Shown: positions 1-10,117, numbered from the stretch's first letter. The stretch is DNA of 64,000 bases from Candidatus Thorarchaeota archaeon (GCA_020348985.1 CP070761.1:1043713-1107712), one strand, 5' to 3'. The notes: generated from the sequence alone by a model not told the origin. Numbers and translations: made by a program.

Positions 1-533
1 TTACGCACTCTTCTTGCCGTAAGGCTGGTCTCTGCTGCAATATCCACGACCGATTTCTTCGGATTGTCTGTGAGGGACGACAGAACTCTCAAGTCGATAG
101 GTGTGAGGTCAATCCTATCCCCGGGATCTATCACCAAAGGGTGAATTTCAACTCTTTCAGATCCCGGCAGTGTACGTACTAGCGATCCGACACCTAGCAA
201 TTCATTCCAGTCTGTGTACTCCCCTATGAAATAGAAGAGCCCATTGCTGTAGGCTGCTGCAGCAATTATGTTATCGGATGCACCTAGCCGATCAACGAGT
301 TCGACTTCATCATGAGATCCATCTGTCCAAATCATTCCCAGAATTGTCTCACATCCAACCATTGCGGAAGCGAGTTCAATTTGATATCCTGTAATGACTC
401 CAGATTCCTCTAATATGCGAATTCTTCTTCTAATCGCGTTGGCTGAAATTCCGTATTTCCGGGACATGTCCTGAAACGTAATTCTGCAATTCTGCACCAG
501 ATCCTCGAGAATCCGTTTGTCTATTGTGTCCAA
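1..533 (-). CDS. Lrp/AsnC-type winged-helix transcriptional regulator, probably tandem-domain (3' end outside window)
   Basis: Not in the ORF track. Manual translation from TTG 533 (preceded by AAGGAG) gives MDTIDKRILEDLVQNCRITFQDMSRKYGISANAIRRRIRILEESGVITGY, a typical AsnC HTH. Confidence 0.8.
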   Translation of the reverse strand, partial: MDTIDKRILEDLVQNCRITFQDMSRKYGISANAIRRRIRILEESGVITGYQIELASAMVGCETILGMIWTDGSHDEVELVDRLGASDNIIAAAAYSNGLFYFIGEYTDWNELLGVGSLVRTLPGSERVEIHPLVIDPGDRIDLTPIDLRVLSSLTDNPKKSVVDIAAETSLTARRVR

Positions 534-747
534 TTCAGCTCCTTGCTCCGCATACTGAGTGTGCTTCCTGAAAACGTGCCTGTTCTCCAAGAGCGAACTA
601 GAAGTGTCTCCTCGCCATAAAACGGAATCGGATTAAACAAACTTCATTGGAATCCATCAAGCTGTGCACCACAAGATGGCAGACAACAATGACAAGCCTT
701 TTTCAACAGAGGCGATTCGTCTTCTCGCAATGGAGTGTTCCCTTTAG

Positions 748-1107
748 ATGCAAGGAATCATCTTCTTTAGAACTGGACAGCTTGGCGAAATTGTACGTTT
801 CTACACCGAAATCTTAGGCATGAGCATATGGCTAGAGCAAGAGGATTGTGCAATTCTTCAATATGGGAATATGCTCATCGGGTTCTGTCAGCGTGAGACA
901 ACCGATACGCAAGGAATGATCACACTTGTTTATGAGAATAGTCAGGAGGTTGACAATGTCTACGAAGAACTGGATGCGCTTGAGAAGACACATCCAGAGG
1001 AAAACAAGAAGTATAGAATCTACCAGTTCTTCTCATCTGATCCGGATGGGAGAGCATTAGAATTTCAGGCCTTTCTGCATCCAGTCAAACCTCTCCAATT
1101 CCAATGA
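748..1107 (+). CDS. VOC (glyoxalase/bleomycin resistance) family protein
   Basis: FYTEILGM motif and C-terminal FFSSDPDGRALEF; 119 aa; GGAG upstream. Confidence 0.85.
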   Translation: MQGIIFFRTGQLGEIVRFYTEILGMSIWLEQEDCAILQYGNMLIGFCQRETTDTQGMITLVYENSQEVDNVYEELDALEKTHPEENKKYRIYQFFSSDPDGRALEFQAFLHPVKPLQFQ

Positions 1108-1163
1108 GTGAATTATGCAGGCGTAGGATAAGTTGTCCTAGAAATCAGTTGACTCCTCCAAAC

Positions 1164-1742
1164 TCAAAGAGCCACAACGGTCGAACTATGGATGTCCCAC
1201 CCGAGCTTCTTGGCTCTGCGAAACGCTTCGCTGGCCTCCTTGTAATTGCCAATGATCCAAAGAAGGAGCCTGAGTTTGTACCACGCGTTTGGGTCTTCAG
1301 GGCTAGCCTTGGTTTCATCTTTTGCAGCCTTGAGCATCGATTTGTATCTTTTGGCTTCGATCTTGCGGAGCTTCTCGGAACCAAGCAGTAGGCTATGGAT
1401 ATATTTGGGGGACCGTTTGAAAACATGAGCCAAAGCCGCATCTGGTAGCTCTTTCATGGCCCGAGTAATGGCGGCCCCGGTTGTGTCTGTTGCCTTGTAT
1501 AGGACTCCTTCGAGAAGCTGTCTTTCGTAATCATACTGCATGAAATTGAGAAGTGTTCCCAAACCAATTGTCACATCGCTTTCAGGGCCCATCTCCTTTA
1601 TGCAACAGTTCCATTCAAAGTAGACCAGCTCGGATCCTATTCTGTAGGTAACGCTTGGCGTCGGATCGATTCTCTTCAGGTCAGTCAAGACGTCTTTGAC
1701 CCTGTATTTCTTGCGAAGCTGCAGCTTCTTCTTGTCAGCCAT
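1164..1742 (-). CDS. Hypothetical protein with C-terminal TPR-like repeat
   Basis: C-terminal PEDPNAWYKL...GNYKEASEAFRRAKKL fits a TPR pattern; ATG start. Confidence 0.6.
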   Translation of the reverse strand: MADKKKLQLRKKYRVKDVLTDLKRIDPTPSVTYRIGSELVYFEWNCCIKEMGPESDVTIGLGTLLNFMQYDYERQLLEGVLYKATDTTGAAITRAMKELPDAALAHVFKRSPKYIHSLLLGSEKLRKIEAKRYKSMLKAAKDETKASPEDPNAWYKLRLLLWIIGNYKEASEAFRRAKKLGWDIHSSTVVAL

Positions 1743-1853
1743 CTCCGTCCACTCGGGAAACTGTATGTCAATATGGAAAATAAATCATCTTTTGATGTGG
1801 GTGTAACCTTCCATACGTATGTGCATGCCCTAACCGAGCTTTTTCTACTTAGA

Positions 1854-2624
1854 CTAGAAGCCGATGTTCCAAAGAAAGAGATCTGGCAGTCCAACAATGA
1901 AACGGAGGTAGAGCACTGTGACGAGGACTCCAAGAGAAACAATCACTAGACTCCAGTCGCGCCTCCGAAATTGCAGTCTCTCCATGTATGTACGATTCTC
2001 CGAAGCGCCAAACCCTCTTGATTCCATACTCTCCGCGATAGATAACGCCCTACGGATTGAAACGATGATAAGTGGTACAATGATGGGGATAATGTTCCGT
2101 ACTCTTTGAACGAAATTCCCCTTGTCAAGCTCAACACCGCGCGATCTCTGGGCGTCCATTATTGCATACGCCTCATGACCCAGTGTAGGGACGTATCTCA
2201 TGGCCATGCTCATTGCAAAGGCAAACTCAAACCTCACTCTCATTTGGATAAGTGCCTGCGACAGTTCGTCTGGATGAACCGTGAGGAAGAACAGTGAGAA
2301 GGATGTCATTAACGCAACTAAACGTAGTGTCAACGAAACCGAGTAGGAGAACGGGTATGGTCCGGTAGACAGGAGTGTATTGAACACCATAATGAAGACC
2401 AGAAGAACTAGCAGACCTTTCATGCTCTTGGCCCAACGACGAAGTGACTTGGCTGCAGCCAGAAGTGGAAGAAGGCTGGCAAAAATGATGAGAAGTGGGA
2501 TTATGTCAAGGAAGAGAAGTGAGATAATAGCACAGACCAAAGTAAGAAAGAGCTTGGATCTCGGATCAAGTCTGTGGATTATCGAATCTTGTCGGGTGTA
2601 TTGGAAGATCTCCAAAAACGACAA
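1854..2624 (-). CDS. ecfT: ECF transporter transmembrane component T
   Basis: HRLDPRSK, AQRSRG and ESRGF motifs. Start re-called to TTG 2624, which follows GGAGG and the upstream stop. Confidence 0.9.
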   Translation of the reverse strand: MSFLEIFQYTRQDSIIHRLDPRSKLFLTLVCAIISLLFLDIIPLLIIFASLLPLLAAAKSLRRWAKSMKGLLVLLVFIMVFNTLLSTGPYPFSYSVSLTLRLVALMTSFSLFFLTVHPDELSQALIQMRVRFEFAFAMSMAMRYVPTLGHEAYAIMDAQRSRGVELDKGNFVQRVRNIIPIIVPLIIVSIRRALSIAESMESRGFGASENRTYMERLQFRRRDWSLVIVSLGVLVTVLYLRFIVGLPDLFLWNIGF

Positions 2625-2625
2625 T

Positions 2626-3450
2626 CTACGCGCCCTCCAATAGTGTTGTTGCAATGCTTTCGATGTCAGACAAAGAGGCCAGTCGATCGGAAACATTGTC
2701 AAATCTGTGTCTAAGAGCTTTTGCCGCTTGGGTCATCTGAGGGAGGGTAAGCGAGCAACGCTCTAGGACCTCTTCATGTGTTAGTACAGATGAAGTGTCA
2801 CCGTCAGCCACAATCTGTCCGTCTGACATGGCTATAGTCCGGGGAAAGTGTTCTATTACGAACTCAATGTCATGGGTGACAACTATGACTGTCCTGCCCT
2901 TCTTGTTCATTTCCATGAGCATTCGTGCGAGGCTTTCTTTCTGTCTCGCATCTTGACCAATCGTGGGCTCATCAAGCGCAAGTACGTCCGGCTCTGTAGC
3001 CAGGACTGATGCTAGAGCGACACGCTTTCGCTCACCACCGGACAGAGCAAAAGGAGATCTTTCGGCAAAGCCTTCAAGTCCCAATCTCGAGAGAGTCTGA
3101 TCGCATCTTTCCTCTGCTTCTTCTTGAGTGAATCCCAGATTCTTGAGCCCAAATGCAATCTCCTTCTTGCAGCTCTCCAGAAACAACTGGTGGTCTGGGT
3201 TCTGGAAGACTAGACCAACTATCTTGGCCATCTCTGCCACCGACATCTGAGAAGTGTCTTTACCCTCAAGAAAGACATTCCCAGCCTGAGGTCTAAGGAG
3301 ACCATTGAAATGTTTGATCAATGTGGTTTTTCCGGCCCCATTAGTCCCCATTATGGCAACGCTTTCGCCTCGGTCAACCTGTAGAGTGACTCCTCTGAGA
3401 GCAGTATAGATTCCATCGTATGAATACTCCACATCTTCGAGGATTATCAT
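2626..3450 (-). CDS. ecfA2: ECF transporter ATPase
   Basis: Walker A GTNGAGKT, FQNPDHQ Q-loop, LSGGE signature, LDEPT. Confidence 0.9.
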   Translation of the reverse strand: MIILEDVEYSYDGIYTALRGVTLQVDRGESVAIMGTNGAGKTTLIKHFNGLLRPQAGNVFLEGKDTSQMSVAEMAKIVGLVFQNPDHQLFLESCKKEIAFGLKNLGFTQEEAEERCDQTLSRLGLEGFAERSPFALSGGERKRVALASVLATEPDVLALDEPTIGQDARQKESLARMLMEMNKKGRTVIVVTHDIEFVIEHFPRTIAMSDGQIVADGDTSSVLTHEEVLERCSLTLPQMTQAAKALRHRFDNVSDRLASLSDIESIATTLLEGA

Positions 3451-4286
3451 ACTGTGCCCTCCTGAATAAGCAGTGCAAGTTCCTCTCCAGTGAGTGGGAC
3501 ACTGCCAAGCCTGAGACCCTTTGCATTGAGTCGCTTGTAGATTTCAGTAGCTTTGGGTATTCCGACTCCGATATCCTGACAGATATCGGCTACAAGAACT
3601 TCTGTTGGCGTTCCGTCAGCTACAATCCTTCCTCGATCCATCAACACGACTCGCGTAGCCTCCTTTGCCACCAGATCTAGTCTGTGTTCCACAAGGACTA
3701 CTGTCATTCCTCTCTTGTTGAGAGTGGAGATGATCTCCAATATCTTCTCGGCACTCTTGGGGTCAAGATTGGATGTAGGTTCATCTGCTACCAGTATCTG
3801 AGGATTTAGGGCAAGAGTAGCGGCCATAGCCACTCGTTGCTGTTCGCCGCCGCTCATCTCATGAGGATGTTTGTCACGCAAGTGTTCCAAGTCAAGGAGG
3901 TCGATTATCTCTTCTACTCGACGCCGTACTTCTACGGGATTGACACCAAGATTCTCCGGTCCAAAAGCAATCTCCTTTTCAACATTCAGCGTGACAAGCT
4001 GGTTCTCTGGGTTCTGGAAGACTAATCCAGCTATTGCTGCAAAGTGAGCGACCTCGTGCTCCCTTGTATCCTTCTCATCAACATAGACGTGACCCGCTAT
4101 GTATCCCCTATGAAATCGGGGCACAAGTCCATTTATTGCTCGGCACAATGTAGTCTTTCCGCATCCTGAGGGACCGGTGATTACAACGTATTCCCCATTG
4201 TCAATAGTGAGATTGATCTTCTTCAGTGCCAGAGAGTCTGCGCCGTAGTACTTGTAACTGAAGTCATCGAATTTAACAAGTGCCAC
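3447..4286 (-). CDS. ecfA1: ECF transporter ATPase
   Basis: GPSGCGKT, FQNPENQ, MSGGEQQR, DEPT; ATGA-type overlap with the next gene. Confidence 0.9.
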   Translation of the reverse strand: MALVKFDDFSYKYYGADSLALKKINLTIDNGEYVVITGPSGCGKTTLCRAINGLVPRFHRGYIAGHVYVDEKDTREHEVAHFAAIAGLVFQNPENQLVTLNVEKEIAFGPENLGVNPVEVRRRVEEIIDLLDLEHLRDKHPHEMSGGEQQRVAMAATLALNPQILVADEPTSNLDPKSAEKILEIISTLNKRGMTVVLVEHRLDLVAKEATRVVLMDRGRIVADGTPTEVLVADICQDIGVGIPKATEIYKRLNAKGLRLGSVPLTGEELALLIQEGTV

Positions 4287-4290
4287 GCCT

Positions 4291-5307
4291 TCAAGACCCC
4301 CTAGTATCCGAAGCCTCCTCAGTGCCTTTGCATCTAGCTATTGCAGACCTTAGAAGCTCAACTGCCTGTTCTAGTGCTTTTGTGCGGTTTCTTTTGCCAT
4401 TTGCCCCTGCCGCATTTGGATGGCCCCCTCCCTCGCCCCCGATTGTTTCTCCGAGGTGTTCCATGACGTCTTTGCCCAGATTAATCCCAGTCTCTACGTG
4501 AAACCTGTGGGTACTTCTCGAACTGAGTCGTACAACGTCCTTGGACGGTTGGCCTCCCACAATGGCAACATCAGCGCCTAGATCCAGCAGTCCTCTACAT
4601 GCACTTGCCTCGAAGGCACTGACTTTCGCCGTGACTACTATCCATTCCTCTATCTGGTGTATCTCAAGCCGCCTTGCAGCTTTGAGTCGAGCAATTCGCT
4701 CCGACCTGTCCTGCTGAATCCTGAGAGAGTTGACACATCTCTCGTAATCGGCTCCAGCGTCTAGAAGTTTCAAAGCAATGCTAAGTGCCCTCTTGTCAGC
4801 GTATAGAAACCTTCGTGTATCAAACAGCATTCCTGTTAGAAGCAAGTTTGCAGTCTTCTCAGAGATGTCAAGACCATTCTGCTCATACAGCTCGTAGATA
4901 ATCTCACATGTAGATGACCTATCGCTGTCAGCAATAACGTGCGCTGCCAAGAACGCAATCTCCGGATTTGGCTCATGATGATCAATAACGAGAGTGGTTG
5001 GCGGATGTAGGAGAACATCCTTCATCCCAACTCCCAATTGAAATCTGCTGTTGGTGTCAATTAGAACGACAAAGGGGTAATCTTCTGTCACTTCTTCCAA
5101 GATTTTTGCTGAGGAGTCGAAACTATCGATGACCTGTCTGGCAAGCCGGCTCACGTCGTCACATGCCATAACAACCTGACCACGAGGGTTCAGTTCCTGG
5201 TATAGATTGGAGAAAGCAATCATAGAACAGACAGCATCAGGGTCAGCATTGTGGTGTCCAAGCACTAGGATCTGATTATGTTCTGAGACTAGTGCTTTCA
5301 GATTCAA
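4291..5307 (-). CDS. DHH/DHHA1 family phosphoesterase
   Basis: HHNADPDA, IDHH, DT and GGGH motifs. Start re-called to TTG 5307, which overlaps the upstream TGA (TTGA). Confidence 0.88.
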   Translation of the reverse strand: MNLKALVSEHNQILVLGHHNADPDAVCSMIAFSNLYQELNPRGQVVMACDDVSRLARQVIDSFDSSAKILEEVTEDYPFVVLIDTNSRFQLGVGMKDVLLHPPTTLVIDHHEPNPEIAFLAAHVIADSDRSSTCEIIYELYEQNGLDISEKTANLLLTGMLFDTRRFLYADKRALSIALKLLDAGADYERCVNSLRIQQDRSERIARLKAARRLEIHQIEEWIVVTAKVSAFEASACRGLLDLGADVAIVGGQPSKDVVRLSSRSTHRFHVETGINLGKDVMEHLGETIGGEGGGHPNAAGANGKRNRTKALEQAVELLRSAIARCKGTEEASDTRGS

Positions 5308-5603
5308 TCTGATTTCATCTCCAAAAGGCGTTTTTCTATCCATTCAGTACCTTGTTGGGTGGCTTGCGCAACAATCTCGTCTAGGTTGTGTTCCGTTTGA
5401 TACTTCTGAGTGATTTCTATACTAATCTCAAGGTCAAGTTTCTCGTCAAGGTCCAGTGAGCAGACCACGGAAATCTCTTCTATGCTCTTCTGTGGCACTT
5501 TTCCCAAGATGAAATTGGTGACCTCGGCTTCACAATCTTGAACGAGCTGCTCCAAGTCATCCTCGGAGAGGTCTGGGAGCCCGATCTCAGCTATTGGATC
5601 CAT
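5304..5603 (-). CDS. DUF3194-like small acidic protein of the exosome superoperon
   Basis: EIGLPDLSEDDLEQL N-terminus; conserved position after prefoldin beta. Confidence 0.65.
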   Translation of the reverse strand: MDPIAEIGLPDLSEDDLEQLVQDCEAEVTNFILGKVPQKSIEEISVVCSLDLDEKLDLEISIEITQKYQTEHNLDEIVAQATQQGTEWIEKRLLEMKSD

Positions 5604-5609
5604 TTTCCT

Positions 5610-5972
5610 TCACTGAAGTTGAAGATTGTGCTTACCAAGCTCAATCTGTATCTTGTTTTGAAGCTCTTTGAGCTTCTCACTCAGACTCTCTAGTTGTTTC
5701 TTCCTTGAAGCTAGGCCCATCTCCAAGGTCTTGGCCTTGTCATCAAGCTCCTCAACAAGCTTGGCTTTGTCAGCCCTAAACAGCACCTGACCGACTGCCT
5801 TGTAGGTGGCAACATCGTCAGGCTGCTTTCTCAACTCTTCAAGCGTGGCTTTCGTCTCAGAAAGCTCTTGCTGCATTGACTGAACCAGCATCTGAAGCGT
5901 TTCGTGATTACGCCGCATAGTATCGAATTTCTGAAGCTCCTGTTCTAGTGCGGGAGGCAATGTCTGAGCCAT
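5610..5972 (-). CDS. pfdB: Prefoldin beta subunit
   Basis: Coiled coil with central YKAVGQVLF hairpin, 120 aa, syntenic with the superoperon. Confidence 0.92.
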   Translation of the reverse strand: MAQTLPPALEQELQKFDTMRRNHETLQMLVQSMQQELSETKATLEELRKQPDDVATYKAVGQVLFRADKAKLVEELDDKAKTLEMGLASRKKQLESLSEKLKELQNKIQIELGKHNLQLQ

Positions 5973-6032
5973 GATTCAACTACTCCTTCTAGCTTATCCT
6001 TGGTCATTCGAGCTCGCCTCTACACTCTGGAC

Positions 6033-6308
6033 TTAAGATTTTTGGCCTGTGACGTCGTCTAGTACTCTACTGCAGCCTGAAACCCATGCCAAGTATGAAT
6101 TCATTGCAGCCCTGAGCGCAGTGATGTCTGAAGCTGAAATGAAAATGACCAGGTTCGAGTCCTCAACAGCTAGACGCACTTTTGCCCTCTCAGCCGGAGA
6201 TGAGCTTGTTTCAGGGTTCAGTGCCGAGAGAATCAACCTGGCAGATTCCGGAGAACCCAGATCGAGGGTCAATGTCGCCTCTGCATCCTCTATTGGAAGG
6301 TCATTCAT
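6033..6308 (-). CDS. pcc1: KEOPS complex subunit Pcc1
   Basis: ALNPE...ISASDITALRAAMNSYLAW motif; start re-called to ATG 6308. Confidence 0.88.
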   Translation of the reverse strand: MNDLPIEDAEATLTLDLGSPESARLILSALNPETSSSPAERAKVRLAVEDSNLVIFISASDITALRAAMNSYLAWVSGCSRVLDDVTGQKS

Positions 6309-6384
6309 AAAGCATCTCTCCGATTTAGTAGTACTCGTATACTTCGTAGATTGCACAGACTAAGAGATGAGGTCACCACTTAGG

Positions 6385-6966
6385 TCATTCGTTATTCAGA
6401 GTTGCTATCCGAATTCGTGGTCCAACCTCTGACTTCTCATGAGAATTGTAGAATGTCCAAAGAATCTTCCCGGCAGGCAAGTCTTCAAACCACATAATTC
6501 CCTCTCGTAGTCCCGGCTCATGTGACAAGGCAGGTTTCTCCACTACGTCCAAGGAGAGACCGAGGATTTCTGCAATGACCTGCGCAAGACTTAGTGTTTG
6601 CTCAGAAGACCCTGTTCGAACAGCGACTGAATTTGCTTTGAAGATACGAGGGCTCTTCTTGCCGCTGGTTTCCCTACGGAGCATGGCACTCTCAACTAAG
6701 ACTGTTACAAGATTAGACCCGTTGGCATCAATCAGCTGAATGATTCGAGGGTTCCCCTTCTCCATAGAAACAATGCAAGCTGCCCTTGCTCCAGATGCAT
6801 TAATTCTCGAAATCAGCTCTTTGAGACTCATTCCTCCACGATTGAATCGTTCGGAGTCAGGAATCACTTGACTTAGATCTCGTATGAAGGACCGAACTCT
6901 GTTTGATGTCTTTCTTGAAGAAGTGATGAGCAGTGAGGGCATCAGTAATCCCTCTCTGAGGGTCAT
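6385..6966 (-). CDS. Brix/Imp4-domain ribosome biogenesis protein
   Basis: LITSSRKTSNRVRSF..DL, NRGGMSL, KGNP and C-terminal VGPRIRI. Confidence 0.85.
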   Translation of the reverse strand: MTLREGLLMPSLLITSSRKTSNRVRSFIRDLSQVIPDSERFNRGGMSLKELISRINASGARAACIVSMEKGNPRIIQLIDANGSNLVTVLVESAMLRRETSGKKSPRIFKANSVAVRTGSSEQTLSLAQVIAEILGLSLDVVEKPALSHEPGLREGIMWFEDLPAGKILWTFYNSHEKSEVGPRIRIATLNNE

Positions 6967-7397
6967 TCGAGAGGCTCTTCGAAGTATTCCTCATCAGTGC
7001 CCTCAACGGGCTCGCCCGAGCTTGGAACGTCTGTAGCAAGAAGCGCGGGTTCTGGCTCTTCTTCCTTCTTCAAAGTCTCCATGAATTCCGGAATCTCTTC
7101 TTCGTCTGCATCATCCCGGAGGGCCAGAAAGTCTCCGGAGACTCTTTGAGCTATGGCCCTCTTGGCAGCCTTTCCGGCATCTGTGTAAGGAACGTAAGCA
7201 CCCCCAGCGAACAAGAGACCGCACTTTCTGCAGCTCCAAAGACCTACGGCTTTTCTCTGAAGGGAACGCGTTGCACAAGACGGACAACGATGTGGTTCTC
7301 TTCGTCGACGCTCGAGATCTAGAACTCTTCTGCGCAGCTTCGCACCGTATCTGGCGCCGAATCGTCCGGTGCTTCCAACTTTCTTTGTTCTCGCCAA
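6963..7397 (-). CDS. rpl37ae: 50S ribosomal protein L37ae (eL43) with acidic C-terminal extension
   Basis: RTKKVGSTGRFGARYG, CPSC...WSCRKC zinc ribbon, AGGAY. Confidence 0.95.
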   Translation of the reverse strand: MARTKKVGSTGRFGARYGAKLRRRVLDLERRRREPHRCPSCATRSLQRKAVGLWSCRKCGLLFAGGAYVPYTDAGKAAKRAIAQRVSGDFLALRDDADEEEIPEFMETLKKEEEPEPALLATDVPSSGEPVEGTDEEYFEEPLE

Positions 7398-7526
7398 CTT
7401 GGCAGTCTCCAGTTCTTGTTCGCCATTACTGGGTTCTAAGTGACAGTTTCAGAACCTACAGGTCGCCCAGAAGTTCTACTTATTAGCGTATCTGTCGGTC
7501 ACAATAAAGGAGAGGAGAGGATAACC

Positions 7527-8354
7527 CTACTCCCTCTCTTTCGCCGTGCTTCTAATGAGTTCGCGAATCATTCTTGTGCCGTCGAGAGCCATTCCAAACG
7601 CTTGGTCTACTTGTTCCAAAGTCATTGGTCCGGCACCGCCGCCTTTCTGAATCGCGGTGAAGTTCTCCCCTTCATCAACCGCCATCGTTATTCTGCAGTC
7701 CTGGACCATTTCCTCTTTGAGCACCGGATCAATGATCAGATGATCTTCAATCTTGGCCACGGTTGCTTCAACTGCCAGATTCTTGAGGGGGACGGAAATC
7801 TTGTTTCCAGTGGGAACCGCTTCACCGTTTTCCCATTTGTGCTCGGGAAACTCTGTTGTCAGAAGAGCCGCATTCGCTGCAATTGATGCGCAGTCAATGA
7901 GATTACCATCAAACTCTAGAGCGTAGACATCACAGAAGACCATTTGAACCACCTTTCCGGGTTCAACGCAGAGTTTCTTGACTTCAACTGTCTCCGATTC
8001 GCGGACTCCACGGTCGACGACTCTAGCAAGTTCAATGGCATCTTCCCTCGGAGGACCCAACTCGAACAACGGTGATGCCAGCGGGGGCATTTCTGCCGTC
8101 ACCATGATAACACCCTCGTCGGGCGTATCGGGATAAGGCTCTCCCAAGAGAACCTTAACACCAGCAATCACACTGGTTCCACCCATTCGCACCAGAGCAG
8201 ACCCTTCTGCCTTTGCTGATACAACGTCGTATTCAATCTCGATTGGGCGAAACTCATCATATGCGCGACCGTCGATTCTTTCACCCTGAGCAAGCAAATC
8301 TGCTATGTAGTTTCGATCAATACGACTGATTATCTCAGCGCTGTAGTCACCCAT
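7527..8354 (-). CDS. rrp42: Exosome complex component Rrp42
   Basis: RIDGR..DEFRPI, KAEGSALV, PYPDTPDEG, ELARVVDRGVRES; RNase PH fold. Confidence 0.95.
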   Translation of the reverse strand: MGDYSAEIISRIDRNYIADLLAQGERIDGRAYDEFRPIEIEYDVVSAKAEGSALVRMGGTSVIAGVKVLLGEPYPDTPDEGVIMVTAEMPPLASPLFELGPPREDAIELARVVDRGVRESETVEVKKLCVEPGKVVQMVFCDVYALEFDGNLIDCASIAANAALLTTEFPEHKWENGEAVPTGNKISVPLKNLAVEATVAKIEDHLIIDPVLKEEMVQDCRITMAVDEGENFTAIQKGGGAGPMTLEQVDQAFGMALDGTRMIRELIRSTAKERE

Positions 8355-8356
8355 GA

Positions 8357-9166
8357 TTACTCATCCTCCCCGACTAGGTCGGCTTCTCCAAGGTCTGTCT
8401 CAAGGTCGTCCTCATAGTCGTCGTCTTCTTCTTCTGCAGGAGCTCTTGATGCATATGCCCTCCTAAGAGCTTCCTTCTGGAGCTCGTGAATGTATTTACA
8501 GGCCTGCACTCCCATTTGCATTGCCTCTACAAGCTCCTCGCGAGTGAATGACCCATCCTGTTGAAGGAGAGTAACCTCGTCAGTGGTTGGGATGATTGCC
8601 ATTGGAACGTCACCCTGACCATACTTGTCTTCTTCATCTCCAAGATCCACCACTAGTGTTCCGTCAGCCTTGCCGACTGCAACAGAGGGGACCAGAGAAC
8701 GCATCGGGACTCCTGCATCGGCGAGAGCTAGTGATGCTGCATTTATTGCTGCACATCTTGTACCCCCATCAGCTTGGATGACCTGAATGAAGACATCAAC
8801 AACAGCTTTGGGATAGTCTTCTAGGAAAAGCACGGGTTTGAGTGCATTTGCAATTACCATAGATATCTCTCGCTCTCTTCGAGATGGCGCCGGACGCTTT
8901 CGGTCGGGCACAGAAAATGTTGCCATTCTGTAAACGACTCGTAGAAATGCCCTATCATTCAGTGTCAGATGTCTGGGATGCAGCTCACGTGGGCCATATA
9001 CCGCAGCCATGATGAACGTCTTTCCTTGTTTTATGTATGCTGAACCATCAGCCTGTTGTAGAACACCCACCTTGAACTCAATTGGACGTAGTTCGTCGGG
9101 CCTCCTGCCATCAAACCTTAGTCCTTCAGTACTTATCAAAAAGTCAGGCTTAACCTCTGGACTCAT
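8357..9166 (-). CDS. rrp41: Exosome complex exonuclease Rrp41
   Basis: RFDGRRPDELRP, ADGSAY, VYGPRE, PSRREREIS, ADGGTR, DEED. Confidence 0.95.
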   Translation of the reverse strand: MSPEVKPDFLISTEGLRFDGRRPDELRPIEFKVGVLQQADGSAYIKQGKTFIMAAVYGPRELHPRHLTLNDRAFLRVVYRMATFSVPDRKRPAPSRREREISMVIANALKPVLFLEDYPKAVVDVFIQVIQADGGTRCAAINAASLALADAGVPMRSLVPSVAVGKADGTLVVDLGDEEDKYGQGDVPMAIIPTTDEVTLLQQDGSFTREELVEAMQMGVQACKYIHELQKEALRRAYASRAPAEEEDDDYEDDLETDLGEADLVGEDE

Positions 9167-10053
9167 TCTTCTTTCACTTCCTCCGTATCATTTTCTTTTT
9201 CTCTAATTTCGTCTTCTACACTTGAAGTGGTTTCGTCTCCTGTAGGAGTTTCTTCCTTCTCCACATCTTCTGTGGTGGTCACCTCATCTATTGGAGCCAC
9301 TTCTTCTGAAGCAGCTTCTGTTTCATCCTCAGGAGTTTCAGCCTCCGCCTCATCTTCTGGCAGGATTTCCCCAATTGCTGCAAGTTCTTCATCAATCATG
9401 GCAGCGACACGATCGGTCAGCTTGGAGGTATGGGCTTCGCTCTCAATCATCTTGAATGCTTTCACTGCTATTCTCATGATTGAGCTTCCGGGAGCCTTTA
9501 TCCAAATCCGCCCGTTCTGACCAACAAACGTCTGAATTCTCAGCCGGTCCTTGATCATGTTGATCATGGAACCCCTCCGCCCGATAATCCGGGGTATCTT
9601 CGATGGACTGACTTCGAGGATCATACCATCAGTTAGCTTCCTTAGCCCTCTTCCTTTTATTGTTAGGAATGGGCCACCAGATCTATCAAATGCGATTACC
9701 TCTGCGGCAATGACTTCGCCGATGTCAAAGTAACGCGATATATCCTCGTCATAGGGTCGCCTCAATGCGTTGTTCACATGCAGAGATGCGATGTATGGCC
9801 CCCCTATGTCCACCTTCCAATTGTTGCCAGCCACGACCGTGATTGTGCCAATAACAAAATCTCCCTCGTGAGGGATATAGACTCCCTCTAGGGGTACTAC
9901 TTTGATAGTGTTCCCTCTGAGTTCTGCCAGACCTACCAAGGAGGCGAATATCTTGCCACCTTCATCATAAGTACCGATGGAAGGACGATATCTTCCCTCT
10001 GCGAGCAGTTGCCCGGGAACTACTATTTCTCTTTTCTGAAAGTATACAGCCAA
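9163..10053 (-). CDS. rrp4: Exosome RNA-binding protein Rrp4 (S1+KH) with acidic tail
   Basis: IVVPGQLL, YIPHEGD, KH motif IPRIIGRRGSMI, GQNGRIW, EAHTSKLTDRV. Confidence 0.95.
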   Translation of the reverse strand: MAVYFQKREIVVPGQLLAEGRYRPSIGTYDEGGKIFASLVGLAELRGNTIKVVPLEGVYIPHEGDFVIGTITVVAGNNWKVDIGGPYIASLHVNNALRRPYDEDISRYFDIGEVIAAEVIAFDRSGGPFLTIKGRGLRKLTDGMILEVSPSKIPRIIGRRGSMINMIKDRLRIQTFVGQNGRIWIKAPGSSIMRIAVKAFKMIESEAHTSKLTDRVAAMIDEELAAIGEILPEDEAEAETPEDETEAASEEVAPIDEVTTTEDVEKEETPTGDETTSSVEDEIREKENDTEEVKEE

Positions 10054-10117
10054 TGTATTCCCTCATTCTATTTTGGTTAGTTTGTTCGATTATCTTAATC
10101 AGCCAAGCATGCATTTT

